From NCBI GenBank assembly GCA_046483495.1, contig JAWODC010000074.1, forward strand, positions 1-64,000: 64,000 nucleotides of DNA. The letters run 5' to 3'. This DNA is from Desulfobacterales bacterium (lineage in GTDB: Bacteria > Desulfobacterota > Desulfobacteria > Desulfobacterales > UBA5616). Positions 9,591 through 20,614 of this stretch are shown here, piece after piece. Numbering within the stretch: position 1 is the stretch's first letter; the number at the start of each line of letters is the position of its first letter. The position numbers were made by a program, and so were the translations under genes. The notes beneath the pieces were generated by a model, which saw only the letters and a list, made by a program, of their open reading frames with translations, had not been told where the DNA came from and ran no database searches.

Positions 9591-10445
9591 TCAGACCTCC
9601 TTTTTCCGCTTATCATCGGGCTCGATCACCATCGGGCTGACAACGATTCTGTCCGCATTCATCAGATCGATGGATTCGAAATCGATTCGGCAGCTGTCTT
9701 TAAGATATTGCGTCACCCTTTTAAGCCGGTTGTACTTGTCGGTGAAATCGCCGAATCCAAGTTTGATTACGCGGGTCGCATGTTCCGTAAAAAGCGTGAC
9801 TCCCATTTCCCTGTCTACGCTGATTCTGCGAATCGCTGCGTTGGGAAGAATGGAATCGGGGCTGCTTCCTGCCTGCAGCACCTTCAAGACGGCACTGTAG
9901 GCCATTTTTTCGGGCGTACCGCCGCCCGTGAAGTCGGAAAACCGGAGCCCCTCCACGACAGGGAGCGCCATATCGTCCGCATCCCGCCATTCCCTGTATA
10001 TTTTGCCTGAATCATTCATCAAAAATCGCCTGCCCAGATCGACAACGGCCATCGGGCGATGTTCTTTTATCCGTATGCGGAGTCCATCGGGATAGGTCCT
10101 GACGATATCCGCATCTTCGATATCCGGATGGCCCAAAAGCCTTTTTCGTGCAGTGAAGAGATTCACTGAAAGTATGTTGATTCCGGAATATAAAGAGGCC
10201 TGCGTCAGGATATCGTCCTCTTCCAACAGGTCCGTGCCGGTGATTTCGATATGCTTCGCCTTGAAATAGTCGCACTGGGTGAAGACGCCGTACACCAGCA
10301 TGTAGACCGTGCTCAAGAATACGATGCAAAAGACGCCGCATATGATTTTCAACCCGGCCGAAAGCCGCCGTTTTAAATCGATGCGCTGCTGTATCGGCCG
10401 GCGCCTGTAACGGTTTTTACGGTTTTTGGCTTTAAATGGTTTCAT
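9591..10445 (-). CDS. ftsQ: Cell division protein FtsQ/DivIB
   Basis: Basic N-terminus, one TM, POTRA-like region; lies between murB and ftsA; start uncertain. Confidence 0.85.
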   Translation of the reverse strand: MKPFKAKNRKNRYRRRPIQQRIDLKRRLSAGLKIICGVFCIVFLSTVYMLVYGVFTQCDYFKAKHIEITGTDLLEEDDILTQASLYSGINILSVNLFTARKRLLGHPDIEDADIVRTYPDGLRIRIKEHRPMAVVDLGRRFLMNDSGKIYREWRDADDMALPVVEGLRFSDFTGGGTPEKMAYSAVLKVLQAGSSPDSILPNAAIRRISVDREMGVTLFTEHATRVIKLGFGDFTDKYNRLKRVTQYLKDSCRIDFESIDLMNADRIVVSPMVIEPDDKRKKEV

Positions 10446-11388
10446 CACCGATGATCTCGACTTCCGGTTCAAGATTAATGTTGAATTTTTCGCTGACACG
10501 TTTCTGGACGTAGCGCATCAGCCGTATCACATCTTCCGCCGTTGCCTCCCCTTCATTGATGATAAAATTGGCATGGCGGGGCGAAACCCGTGCATCGCCG
10601 ACCCGATACCCTTTCAATCCCGATGCATCGATCAAACGGCCGGCGGAAATCCCCGAGGCCGGATTTCGGAAGAAGCATCCCGCACTTTTTGATGCCGGGG
10701 GCTGGGATATTCGCCTGTTCTCCAGAAGTTTTTCGGCTTCCTTTTTCAAAAAGGCCGCATTCTCCGGATACAGGGAGAAAACGACCTGCAGTACAACAGC
10801 CGGCCGGCCGCCGTTTAGACACCCGTTTGCAAGTCCCATTCTGCGGTATTCAAATACGAGCTGATCCGATCGAACGGTTATGCATTTACCGGTCGAAAGC
10901 AGAAAACGTATTTTCGTAACCCTTTCTCCTATTGAGCCTTCTTGCGTTCCGGCATTCATGCGAACGGCGCCGCCCACTGTGCCGGGAATGCCCAGGGCGA
11001 AGTTCATGCCCCCGAACCCCCTCTTCAATGCGTAACGACAGAGCCTTTGCAGCTTTACACCGCCACCGGCTCCGACCAAAACCGCTTCTTCACTTACGGC
11101 ATATATCCGGATGCGACCCGCGCATTGTGAAAGGTCGACTACCGCCCCCCGAATGCCGCCGTCTTTCACCAGGATATTGGAGCCGTTTCCCAGAACCCGG
11201 TACGGTATGCCGTAAGACGTGCACCATGTCACCAGGGCCGCCAGCTCGAATCTGCTCTGCGGCGTTACCAGGGCATCAGCCGGCCCGCCGATGCGGTAAT
11301 ACGTGTGCCGGTTCATGGGCTCATCGAAGCGCACGCCGTCACCGAACGTTTTCTGCAGCCATTCTTTGGACGATTTTGACAATGCCAT
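10432..11388 (-). CDS. murB: UDP-N-acetylmuramate dehydrogenase
   Basis: HTYYRIGGPAD, GNGSNIL, GIPGTVGGAVRMNAG, SAGCFFRNP, HANFIIN. Confidence 0.97.
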   Translation of the reverse strand: MALSKSSKEWLQKTFGDGVRFDEPMNRHTYYRIGGPADALVTPQSRFELAALVTWCTSYGIPYRVLGNGSNILVKDGGIRGAVVDLSQCAGRIRIYAVSEEAVLVGAGGGVKLQRLCRYALKRGFGGMNFALGIPGTVGGAVRMNAGTQEGSIGERVTKIRFLLSTGKCITVRSDQLVFEYRRMGLANGCLNGGRPAVVLQVVFSLYPENAAFLKKEAEKLLENRRISQPPASKSAGCFFRNPASGISAGRLIDASGLKGYRVGDARVSPRHANFIINEGEATAEDVIRLMRYVQKRVSEKFNINLEPEVEIIGDETI

Positions 11389-11397
11389 GCTCGATTA

Positions 11398-12771
11398 CTA
11401 TCCTCCAAACGACGCCAGGAAATCGTCCCCGATTCGCCATACATCTCCTGCTCCCAGCGTCAGCAAAACGTCATTTTCCCGGGCAATCTCTTTCAGGTAA
11501 AATACCGCTTCCTCGCGGCCGTTTTTAAACACCACATCCTTATGTCCGTGGGCTCTGATGGACTTGGAGAGCGCATTTCCGCCGATCTTTTCAATGCGGG
11601 GCTCCCCCGCTGCATAGATGGGCAGCACCACCAATACATCTGATTCATAAAAGGAACGGGTGAAATCATCGAAAAGGGCTTTCGTTCGACTGTATCGATG
11701 GGGTTGAAAAACGACTATTTTTCGCCGCTCCGGCCAACTCTCTCTTAAAGCGGCAAGCGTATGTTTGATTTCAGTGGGATGGTGGCCGTAATCGTCAACT
11801 ACCGTAATGCCGCCGACGCTGCCCTTGACCTCGAGCCGCCGCTGCACACCCTGTAAAATTTCCAATGCCTCTTTTATGGTATGAAACGGGATGTCCAATT
11901 CGACCCCGACGGCGATGCTGGCCAATGCATTGTAAATGTTGTGCCGGCCGGGCAGGTTCAGGGTTATGCCGCCGAGTTCGATTCCATGATGCCACGCCGT
12001 AAACCGGCTTTTCATCCCTTGAATCGAAATATGTTTGGCCGTGAAGTCCGCCTGGCTGGTGAGTCCGTAAGTGGTATAGCGTTTTTTAATCTGTGGAATG
12101 ATATCCTGAACGGACTCGTTGTCCAGGCACAACACCCCCAGGCCATAGAACGGCACCCGGTCCAAAAACCTCAAAAACACCGACTTGATGTCCTCCAGGT
12201 CACGGTAATAGTCCAGGTGTTCGGCATCGATATTGGTCACAACGGCAATGGTGGGCGCGTATTTTAAAAATGACCCGTCGCTCTCGTCGGCTTCGGCGAC
12301 GATGAAATCCCCGCGTCCGAGAAGAGCGTTGGTGTCCACACTTTTCAATTTGCCGCCGATGACCACGGTGGGATCCAGCCCCCCTTGCTCCAGGACGGCG
12401 GCCACCAGGGAGGTGGTCGTGGTTTTTCCGTGCGTTCCGGAAACGGCGATGCTGTATTTCAGGCGCATGAGCTCGGCCAGCATCTCGGCACGAGGAATAA
12501 CGGGAATCGATGACTGCTGCGCAGCGGCGACCTCCGGATTGTCCTGCCGTACAGCGGAAGACGTCACCACCACGTCCGCCCCGACGACATGCTCGTTCAA
12601 ATGGCCCTCGTAAATAAGGCCGCCCAACTGCTGAAGCCTTTGGGTAATCGGCGACAGACGGACATCGGAACCGGACACTTTATAGCCCAGGTTGATCAGC
12701 AGCTCGGCGATTCCGCTCATTCCGATACCGCCGATACCGACAAAATGAATATGATACGTTTTGTGATACAT
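11398..12771 (-). CDS. murC: UDP-N-acetylmuramate--L-alanine ligase
   Basis: HFVGIGGIGMSG, GTHGKTTT, EADESDGSF, DDYGHHPTEI. Confidence 0.98.
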   Translation of the reverse strand: MYHKTYHIHFVGIGGIGMSGIAELLINLGYKVSGSDVRLSPITQRLQQLGGLIYEGHLNEHVVGADVVVTSSAVRQDNPEVAAAQQSSIPVIPRAEMLAELMRLKYSIAVSGTHGKTTTTSLVAAVLEQGGLDPTVVIGGKLKSVDTNALLGRGDFIVAEADESDGSFLKYAPTIAVVTNIDAEHLDYYRDLEDIKSVFLRFLDRVPFYGLGVLCLDNESVQDIIPQIKKRYTTYGLTSQADFTAKHISIQGMKSRFTAWHHGIELGGITLNLPGRHNIYNALASIAVGVELDIPFHTIKEALEILQGVQRRLEVKGSVGGITVVDDYGHHPTEIKHTLAALRESWPERRKIVVFQPHRYSRTKALFDDFTRSFYESDVLVVLPIYAAGEPRIEKIGGNALSKSIRAHGHKDVVFKNGREEAVFYLKEIARENDVLLTLGAGDVWRIGDDFLASFGG

Positions 12772-13937
12772 TAATCTTTCGCCATTCTATCCCTAAGTGA
12801 ATCTTCAAAAAGCAAATAACAGTCATCTACGATAACACCGGCCGCATCGGGCTTCCCGTGCCGTTCGGCCTTTTTGCCCATTTTTGCAAGAACGGCCGGA
12901 TGCTGTGAATAATAGACAATTCTTTGAGCCAGCAATTCGCATTCCAATTCCTCCTGGAGAATGATTTCCGCCGCTCCCTCATTTGCCAACGACGCGGCAT
13001 TCAACACTTGATGGTTATCCGCCGCGTGTGGGAACGGTACGAAAATTGCGCCTTTGCCCATAGCCGTAACCTCGGCCACGGTTGTGGCGCCGGACCTGCA
13101 AATCAGGAGATCGGCGCTGTCGTACTGCCGGGCCATATCCGTGAAAAACGCCCGCACGTCGGCGTTGAATCCCTTTTGCGCGTAGGCCTTTTTTACCATT
13201 TCAGCATCGGCGGCCCCGCACTGGTGAATAAAAAAATAACGGCCGGGTTCAGGAATTGCGTTTAAAGCCTCGATAACGGCTATATTGATTGCATGGGCCC
13301 CCTGGCTTCCGCCGGCAATGAAAACGACAAACGGTTTTTCGTTTTTTGTCCCTTCCGTTTCCGCAACAGCGTTTTCCCGATTCCGGCCGCGGATGAATTC
13401 ATGTCGCACCGGATTACCGGAAAACACGACCTTTCTTCGAGAAAACGCAGTTTTTGACGCTTCAAACGACACGTACACCCGGGAGGCGATACGTGACAGC
13501 ATTCGGTTGGTAATCCCCGGCATGACGTTTTGTTCATGAATGACCACCGGAACGCCCGCCATCCATGCCGCCACCACCACGGGACCTGCTGAATATCCCC
13601 CCATGCCGATCACCAGGTGCGGTTTAAAACGAATGACGCGTAAAAAAGCGGCGGCCAACCCGGCCGGCAGACCGAGAACGGACATGATTTGGTTTTTCAC
13701 GCCCCGCCCTTTAATGCCGGAAACGGGTATTGTCGCAAGTTGATATCCGGCCTCTTTCAAAGCTCTACGCTCCAGTGAATTGCCCAGGCTGACGAACAGT
13801 GCCTGATTGGCGGGATTCCGCGAGACGAATTCCTGGGCGATGGCGATGCCGGGAAATAGATGTCCCCCGGTAATCCCACCGGCCATCATCACCCTGAGGG
13901 GTAAGGAATGTTGTCGGCTTTTATGCCGGTTTTCCAT
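12771..13937 (-). CDS. murG: Lipid II GlcNAc transferase
   Basis: GGITGGHLFP, HEQN..PG..N, GNPVR, GGSQGA, RSGATT. Confidence 0.97.
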   Translation of the reverse strand: MENRHKSRQHSLPLRVMMAGGITGGHLFPGIAIAQEFVSRNPANQALFVSLGNSLERRALKEAGYQLATIPVSGIKGRGVKNQIMSVLGLPAGLAAAFLRVIRFKPHLVIGMGGYSAGPVVVAAWMAGVPVVIHEQNVMPGITNRMLSRIASRVYVSFEASKTAFSRRKVVFSGNPVRHEFIRGRNRENAVAETEGTKNEKPFVVFIAGGSQGAHAINIAVIEALNAIPEPGRYFFIHQCGAADAEMVKKAYAQKGFNADVRAFFTDMARQYDSADLLICRSGATTVAEVTAMGKGAIFVPFPHAADNHQVLNAASLANEGAAEIILQEELECELLAQRIVYYSQHPAVLAKMGKKAERHGKPDAAGVIVDDCYLLFEDSLRDRMAKD

Positions 13938-15126
13938 GAAATGCCCTCTTCGCCGTTACGTTCGCCGAACGCCGCCTTACAGGTCCTGTACCGGCCGTAC
14001 GGCTTTTCTGTGCGCTGATATTCATCAGTATTCCCGCCGATGCCATGCTGAAAATCAATGAGGACCCCCCGTAGCTCAAAAACGGCAGGGTCAGCCCTTT
14101 TGTAGGGAGCAGGCCCAGCGCCACGCCCATATTGATGCAGACCTGAAGCCCCAAAACGGCCGTAAGCCCTGTCGCCAAAAGTGATCCGAAGGTATCCGGC
14201 GTTTCAAGAGCGATTCTGATTCCTCTTATGAAAATGATCACATACAGCCCCAAAATAAACAGGACTCCGGCCAATCCCAGCTCTTCACCAATCACCGAAA
14301 AGATGAAATCCGTATGGGGTTCAGGCAAATAAAACAATTTCTGATACCCTTTTCCGATGCCCGTTCCACAAAGCCCCCCTGTTCCGAATGCCATCAGGGA
14401 ATGGACGATCTGGTATCCTTCATCCGTCTGGTACGCCCAGGGGTTCAAAAAACTTAACAGGCGCTTGAACCGATAGGGCGCCATAAGAACAGCGGCGACG
14501 GCAATCGGAGAGAGAGCCAAAAGAGACGCCGACAAGTGAAGGACCCTTGCTCCGCCAACAAACAGCATAATCCACGTGATCATCGCGAGAATGACAACGG
14601 AACCGAAATCCGGCTGAATCAACATAAAGACGGACATCAGCCCGAAAACCAGCAGATGCGGAAACAATCCTATGGAAAACCGCTGCATGAGATCCGCTTT
14701 TTTGCTCATGGAATACGCAAAATAAATCACCAGAGCGGGTTTGGCGAATTCCGAAGGCTGAAAGGTGACACCTCCGATTCTCAACCACCGTTCCGCGCCC
14801 CCGGCCGCATGTCCCAGTCCCGGTATTTTGACCGCCGCAAGAAACACGATCGCCGCCATGAGAATGGGATAAGCCAGGATGCGATAGGTTCTGTAGTGAA
14901 TATGACGGCACATCATGAGTGCGAAAAACCCGAACACGGCGAACACCGCCTGTTTTTTCAAAAAGTACAGATCACTGCCGTATGTTTTAAGGGCCAGGGC
15001 CGAACTGGCGCTGTATACCATGACAATTCCGATGCCCACCAGGAAGAGGACAGGAAACAGCAACGCAACATCGTATTTAAATGCCTCGTCGTTTACCGTT
15101 TCTTTTTTTCGAACACTGTGGATCAT
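13921..15126 (-). CDS. ftsW: SEDS peptidoglycan polymerase FtsW
   Basis: FQPSEFAK, QPDFG, LPEPHTDFIFS, GLTLPFLSYGGSS. Confidence 0.97.
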   Translation of the reverse strand: MIHSVRKKETVNDEAFKYDVALLFPVLFLVGIGIVMVYSASSALALKTYGSDLYFLKKQAVFAVFGFFALMMCRHIHYRTYRILAYPILMAAIVFLAAVKIPGLGHAAGGAERWLRIGGVTFQPSEFAKPALVIYFAYSMSKKADLMQRFSIGLFPHLLVFGLMSVFMLIQPDFGSVVILAMITWIMLFVGGARVLHLSASLLALSPIAVAAVLMAPYRFKRLLSFLNPWAYQTDEGYQIVHSLMAFGTGGLCGTGIGKGYQKLFYLPEPHTDFIFSVIGEELGLAGVLFILGLYVIIFIRGIRIALETPDTFGSLLATGLTAVLGLQVCINMGVALGLLPTKGLTLPFLSYGGSSLIFSMASAGILMNISAQKSRTAGTGPVRRRSANVTAKRAFHGKPA

Positions 15127-16481
15127 CTTTTGGACTCCAGTTTTTCGACCGCCTTTTTGAAAGTGTCTCCCCGGTGGGCATAACCGTCAAACATGTCGAA
15201 GCTGGCGCATCCCGGAGAAAGCAGCACGGTATCACCGGCTGCAGCCGTTTCGAAGGCTTTTGCCACGGCCTCATCCATATCGGCTGCCGCAATCGTAAAG
15301 GTCTCTTTTCCAAGGGCGTCCGAAATGGCCGATTTCGTTTCTCCCAAAACGATCAGCTGCTTCACACGCCGGTGGACAGCCTCCTTGAGCAGGTTGAAAT
15401 TTCCTCCTTTATCCCGTCCGCCCATGATCAGCAGCACGGAAGGAGCAAAGGACTCGAGGGCCTTTACAACCGCATCCACATTGGTGGCCTTGGAATCGTT
15501 GTAAAAATGAACGCCGTTCAATGTTTTAACGAATTCCATTCGATGGGGCAGTCCCTTGAACCGGGTGACCGCTTCTGCAATCCCTTCTACCGTGCATCCT
15601 GCAGCCAGCGCCGCCAAACCTGCCGCGGCGATGTTTTGAACATTGTGGCTTCCGATGAGAGAACTGCCGTTTACGGATACCCGCTGAACGGGCAAGCCGG
15701 GCAGCCGGTAATCGATATGACCCTTTTGTATAACAGCACCGGGTTCTTTGGCGCATACCGCATCGAAGTGTAAAATTCTGGACCGGATTGTATTCAGAAA
15801 CGGATGCACAACAGGATCAGCCGCATTTAAGACAGCCGTATCCGCAGCAGTCTGATTGGTGAATAATTTCATTTTGGAAGCAGCATAAGCATTGAAATCA
15901 TCATACCGATCCAGATGATCATCCGTAATATTCAGCACTACGCCTACATCCGGCCTGAAGGACCAGGCTGTGTCCAGTTGGAAACTGCTCAGTTCTGCAA
16001 CGACGATGTCCACCGGCGTTTTTTGGTTTACATATTCGATCAATGGGTTCCCGATATTCCCACCTACAAACACCGACTTGCCGGAACAGCGGAACATGCT
16101 TCCCAAAAGCTCCGTGGTGGTCGTCTTTCCGTTCGTGCCGGTCACGGCGACAATGGGCGTTTCGATGAAGCGGGAGGCCAACTCCAATTCCCCCATCACC
16201 GGAACGTACTTTGCCCGTGCCGCTTCCACAGCCGGGATATTGTGCGGAACACCGGGACTCAAAATAACCAGGTCGGCCGTTTCAAACGTACTGATCCGGT
16301 GTTTCCCCAGCTCCAGTGAAACCCCCGGCCGTCGAATTTTGTCGAGAAACAGTCCGATATCCCGGCCGTCGGACAGATCCGTCGCCACTACGGCGGCACC
16401 CCGTTGAACCAGAAATTCGGACAACGAAACACCGGTCCTTTTCAGTCCGACCACCACCACTTTTTTGTTTCTCAAATCCAT
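15123..16481 (-). CDS. murD: UDP-MurNAc-L-Ala--D-Glu ligase
   Basis: TGTNGKTTT, ELSSFQL, DHLDRY, NDSKATN, LSPGCASFD. Confidence 0.97.
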   Translation of the reverse strand: MDLRNKKVVVVGLKRTGVSLSEFLVQRGAAVVATDLSDGRDIGLFLDKIRRPGVSLELGKHRISTFETADLVILSPGVPHNIPAVEAARAKYVPVMGELELASRFIETPIVAVTGTNGKTTTTELLGSMFRCSGKSVFVGGNIGNPLIEYVNQKTPVDIVVAELSSFQLDTAWSFRPDVGVVLNITDDHLDRYDDFNAYAASKMKLFTNQTAADTAVLNAADPVVHPFLNTIRSRILHFDAVCAKEPGAVIQKGHIDYRLPGLPVQRVSVNGSSLIGSHNVQNIAAAGLAALAAGCTVEGIAEAVTRFKGLPHRMEFVKTLNGVHFYNDSKATNVDAVVKALESFAPSVLLIMGGRDKGGNFNLLKEAVHRRVKQLIVLGETKSAISDALGKETFTIAAADMDEAVAKAFETAAAGDTVLLSPGCASFDMFDGYAHRGDTFKKAVEKLESKR

Positions 16482-16515
16482 CTGTTGAAAACCGTCCCGC
16501 CTCTTTATTGCCGCC

Positions 16516-17595
16516 CTAACGCAGCTTCAGTGTGCTCATGGATAGGAGCGCCAGCACGATGGAAATGATCCAAAAACGAACGATGACTTTGGGTTCCGCC
16601 CACCCTTTCAGCTCGAAATGGTGATGCAGGGGCGCCATCCTGAAAATTCGCCTGCCGTTGCTCATTTTAAAAAATCCCACCTGGAAAATAACGCTTAATG
16701 CTTCGATAACGAAAAGCCCTCCCACCAGCGCCAGCAGAATTTCCTGCTTGGTGATGACCGCCACCGTTCCCAGGACCCCTCCGATTGAAAGCGAGCCCAC
16801 GTCTCCCATGAACACCTGCGCCGGGTATGTATTGAACCACAAAAACCCGAGTCCCGCACCGGCAAGGGCACCGCAAAAAATGCTGATTTCGCCGGAACCC
16901 GCCACATAATTGATCTGAAGGTACTCCGCAATCTTGATGTGCCCCGCCACATAAGCGAAAACCATGTAGGTCACGGAGACGATAATTGCCGGCCCGATAG
17001 CCAGACCGTCCAACCCGTCGGTGAGGTTCACCGCGTTGGACGTGCCCACGATGACGAATACAGCAAAAAAAACATATCCCCATCCGAGATCCGGCGTTAC
17101 GTTTTTCAAAAATGGAATGGTCACTCGCGTGTCGAATTCCGGAATCAGGTAAACCCAGACCCCGGTCAAAACGGCCGGTATGCACTGCAGCAGGATTTTT
17201 TTCCTCGCTGTCAGCCCTTTGCTTCGGCGTTTCACCTGCATCAGGTAGTCATCGGCGAAGCCGATCAACCCGAACCCGGTGATCACGATCAGCACGATCC
17301 ACACGTAGTGGTTGGTCAGGTTGGACCAGAGCAGCGTCGATAAGACGGCCGCACCGACGATCAGGACACCTCCCATGGTCGGCGTGCCTGCTTTTTTCAG
17401 ATGGGTTTGCGGCCCGTCTTCCCGGATGAATTGCCTCACCTGGAGTTCCCGAAGCCTTCGGATCACCCAAGGGCCGATTAAAACACAAATTAAAAATGCC
17501 GTTAAACTCGCGTATATGGTTCTAAACGTGATATAACGAAACACGTTGAACGCGGAAATCGATGTGTGAAGCGGATATAACAAGTGATAAATCAT
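16516..17595 (-). CDS. mraY: Phospho-MurNAc-pentapeptide transferase
   Basis: [36 protein letters not shown]. Confidence 0.98.
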   Translation of the reverse strand: MIYHLLYPLHTSISAFNVFRYITFRTIYASLTAFLICVLIGPWVIRRLRELQVRQFIREDGPQTHLKKAGTPTMGGVLIVGAAVLSTLLWSNLTNHYVWIVLIVITGFGLIGFADDYLMQVKRRSKGLTARKKILLQCIPAVLTGVWVYLIPEFDTRVTIPFLKNVTPDLGWGYVFFAVFVIVGTSNAVNLTDGLDGLAIGPAIIVSVTYMVFAYVAGHIKIAEYLQINYVAGSGEISIFCGALAGAGLGFLWFNTYPAQVFMGDVGSLSIGGVLGTVAVITKQEILLALVGGLFVIEALSVIFQVGFFKMSNGRRIFRMAPLHHHFELKGWAEPKVIVRFWIISIVLALLSMSTLKLR

Positions 17596-17654
17596 AACGT
17601 TCTTCTGTACCCCCGGAAAACATTCAGGGTTTGGAAAAAATCAGGTCATTGGGC

Positions 17655-19067
17655 TTACCGAAGACATGGGTCCGGGTATAGCAGAGCATTCACGATGGTT
17701 TCCATATGCGTGGATCGGGAGCCTTTCACTAAAATCCAGTCGCCGGGTCTAACCCAACTTTTGAGTTCATGCAACATTTCTTCCTTCGAACCGGCAAAAA
17801 TGTTCCGGGCCGGAACGCCCGCCTCAGACGCCCCCCGGGCAACGTCCCGGGCGAATTCACCCGGCAGAAAGAGCGCATGCACACCGTGGTTGCCGGCGGC
17901 CTGACCGACCCGGGTATGCATCAATCCGGCCGATTCTCCCAATTCCAGCATATCGCCGAAGACCAGCGCGCTGCGTCCGGTCTTGTTCAGCGATTGCAGC
18001 GCCGAAATCGCGGCCTCGGCGGAATCGGGATTGGAATTGTACGTATCGTCGATCAGGTATGCACCCGAATGGATTCTGAGAATGTCCATCCGCCCTTTTA
18101 CGGGGGTCACCGTTTCAAGTGCGTCTTTTATTTCCTCAGCATGAAGACCCGCAAGGAAACCCACACCAGCGGCGGCAAGGGCATTGGAAACCATAAAGGT
18201 CCCGGGCATTTTCAGGTGTACGCCGATGCTCTCCCGGGGAAGTATCAATTCGAAGCAGGTACCGTTTTCTCTTGATTCGATATTTTCGGCGCGAACATCG
18301 GCGCTGAAGGATCGACCGAAAAACAGCACCTGCTTATCGGTTCCACCTGCTATGGATGCGACACGGGGATCATCCGCATTCAGAACGGCCGTGCCGCCGG
18401 AAGCCAGCTTACCGAGAATTTCGGCTTTCTCCCGTGCAACAGCGTCGACCGACCCCAATCCTTCCAGGTGTGAACGGCCCACGTTCGTGATGACCCCGAT
18501 ATCCGGCATAGATATGCCGGCAAGCCGTGCTATTTCACCGGGATGATTCATCCCCATTTCCAGCACCGCCCACTGGTGCCCCGGACACAGTCCGAAAAGC
18601 GTCAAGGGCAAGCCGATTTCATTGTTGTGATTCCCGGATGTCGCCAAGACGGCAAACCGTCGGCCCAGTACGGCCGCTGTCATTTCCTTGGTGGTGGTTT
18701 TCCCGTTCGATCCGGTAATCGCCGCCACTTTTACCGGAACAGCCTTTCTTCTCCACCCGGCCAGCGCACCCAGTGCACCAATCGTGTCGTTTACCGCAAC
18801 CTGAACTACACCACCGGACCGGTCAGACGGAATCTTATCGATCTTGGCCTTCTCGACGACCACCCCTTTTACCCCCGTCTTCAGCACCTCCGGTATAAAA
18901 TCGTGCCCGTCGAAACGTTCACCTTTTATCGCCACGAACAGGTCGGCACGTCCGATTTGCCTGGAATCGATGGAAATGCCGGCGAAATCGGTTTCTAAGC
19001 CTCCCGAAAGAAGATCGCCTCCGGTGGCTTCGAGAATATCTTTCGTGGGCCATACAAGTGGTGTCAT
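17655..19067 (-). CDS. murF: UDP-MurNAc-tripeptide--D-Ala-D-Ala ligase
   Basis: TGSNGKTTTK, NNEIGLP, EMGMNHPGEI, DTYNSNP, VKGSR. Confidence 0.96.
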   Translation of the reverse strand: MTPLVWPTKDILEATGGDLLSGGLETDFAGISIDSRQIGRADLFVAIKGERFDGHDFIPEVLKTGVKGVVVEKAKIDKIPSDRSGGVVQVAVNDTIGALGALAGWRRKAVPVKVAAITGSNGKTTTKEMTAAVLGRRFAVLATSGNHNNEIGLPLTLFGLCPGHQWAVLEMGMNHPGEIARLAGISMPDIGVITNVGRSHLEGLGSVDAVAREKAEILGKLASGGTAVLNADDPRVASIAGGTDKQVLFFGRSFSADVRAENIESRENGTCFELILPRESIGVHLKMPGTFMVSNALAAAGVGFLAGLHAEEIKDALETVTPVKGRMDILRIHSGAYLIDDTYNSNPDSAEAAISALQSLNKTGRSALVFGDMLELGESAGLMHTRVGQAAGNHGVHALFLPGEFARDVARGASEAGVPARNIFAGSKEEMLHELKSWVRPGDWILVKGSRSTHMETIVNALLYPDPCLR

Positions 19068-20614
19068 TCGATGGTTGCCTTGAATGGGTTTCTCACCGTC
19101 TCCCCGGCAACGATCCTGTCGTCGAAGGGATGGATTCGGTTTCCGATAATCTGGTATGTTTCGTGCCCTTTACCGGCGATCAAGACGATGTCGCCGGGGC
19201 CGGCGAGCCGTATGCCCAGGCAGATGGCCTTCTTCCGGTCGGGCTCGATCACATACCCCTTTCCGCACGCTTTTCCGGCGGGTTCGGCACCGCTTATCGG
19301 TCGTGCACATTTTTTTGCGCCGTTTTCCACCTGCCGGATGATATGCAAAGGCGCTTCGCTTCTTGGATTATCCGTCGTAATTACCGTCAGGTCGCACCAT
19401 TTGGCGGCGATTTCCCCCATTTGAGGACGCTTGCCCGTGTCCCTGTCGCCGCCGCATCCAAAGACACAAATGATCCGGGCGGTCTTCAGGGCGGCAAGAT
19501 GCCGCAATACATTTTCCAGCGCGTCCGGTGTATGGGCGTAATCCACGTAAATATGAATTTGGCGGTCGTTTTCGATGGGTTCCAGACGTCCGGGCACGCG
19601 GGACGCCGCTGCAATCCCCGCAGCAACTGCCGGCAAGGGGACGTTGAGGGCCATGGCCGCACCCGCAGCGCAAAGAATATTTTCCGCGTTGAACCTGCCG
19701 ACCAGATCCGATCGAACGGGTGTGGATCCTTTCGGGGTCGTAAGCTTTCCGGAAATGCCGCACAAACCCGTCTCGAACCAAGTGAGTCCGATGTCTCGGT
19801 CAGGGTTCAGACCGACGGACAGTTGCTTTGTAGAAATCTGATTGGAAAGGGCGCTGCCGTTCGCATCATCACAATTGATCACCGCCGTAGCCGTGCGGCT
19901 CTTCGGTCCTGATGACAGATATTCGGTAAACAGCTTTTTTTTGCACTCCCAATACCGCTCCAGGTCATGATGAAAATCCAGGTGGTCCTGACTGAAATTG
20001 GTAAAAACCCCGACGTCGATCCAGCAGTTGTGGACACGATTGAACCAAACCGCGTGGGACGACACTTCCATAACTACGTGCGTTACCCCGTTTTCCGCCA
20101 TCTCGGCCAACATTTTTTGCAAATCCAGAGATTCCGGCGTGGTCATCCGGCTTTGGGTGACGTGTCCGCCATACCGATATTCGACGGTGCCGATCACGCC
20201 GACGGTAAAGCCCGCCTCGCGAAGTATGCGTTCAAGAATATAGGACGTGGTCGTTTTGCCGTTTGTTCCGGTAATACCGACGATAGAAAGCTTCGATGAC
20301 GGATGGCCGAAAAACCGGCTCGAAACTGCGGCGAGCGCCTTTCTCGAATCTTTGACAATGATTGTCGCCGCCCGTTTGTCTACGGTAAACTGCGAAATTA
20401 CGGCAACGGCCCCGCGATTCACGGCATCCTCGATGTAATGGTGGCCGTCAGCGGATTGTCCGACCATCGCCACAAAAAGCCCTCCCGGCAGAACCGTTTG
20501 AGACTGATAGTGAACGGAGGCGATAACGGGATCGTATTCCTGAGACGCCGTCGCCGATTCGGGCGGCACGACGCGAATCGGATCGATTCCGTCTATCAGT
20601 TCCGACAATTTCAA
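19064..20614 (-). CDS. murE: UDP-MurNAc-dipeptide--meso-DAP ligase
   Basis: TGTNGKTT, MEVSSH, DYAHTPDAL, DNPR (DAP specificity), AGKGHE. Confidence 0.97.
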   Translation of the reverse strand: MKLSELIDGIDPIRVVPPESATASQEYDPVIASVHYQSQTVLPGGLFVAMVGQSADGHHYIEDAVNRGAVAVISQFTVDKRAATIIVKDSRKALAAVSSRFFGHPSSKLSIVGITGTNGKTTTSYILERILREAGFTVGVIGTVEYRYGGHVTQSRMTTPESLDLQKMLAEMAENGVTHVVMEVSSHAVWFNRVHNCWIDVGVFTNFSQDHLDFHHDLERYWECKKKLFTEYLSSGPKSRTATAVINCDDANGSALSNQISTKQLSVGLNPDRDIGLTWFETGLCGISGKLTTPKGSTPVRSDLVGRFNAENILCAAGAAMALNVPLPAVAAGIAAASRVPGRLEPIENDRQIHIYVDYAHTPDALENVLRHLAALKTARIICVFGCGGDRDTGKRPQMGEIAAKWCDLTVITTDNPRSEAPLHIIRQVENGAKKCARPISGAEPAGKACGKGYVIEPDRKKAICLGIRLAGPGDIVLIAGKGHETYQIIGNRIHPFDDRIVAGETVRNPFKATIE

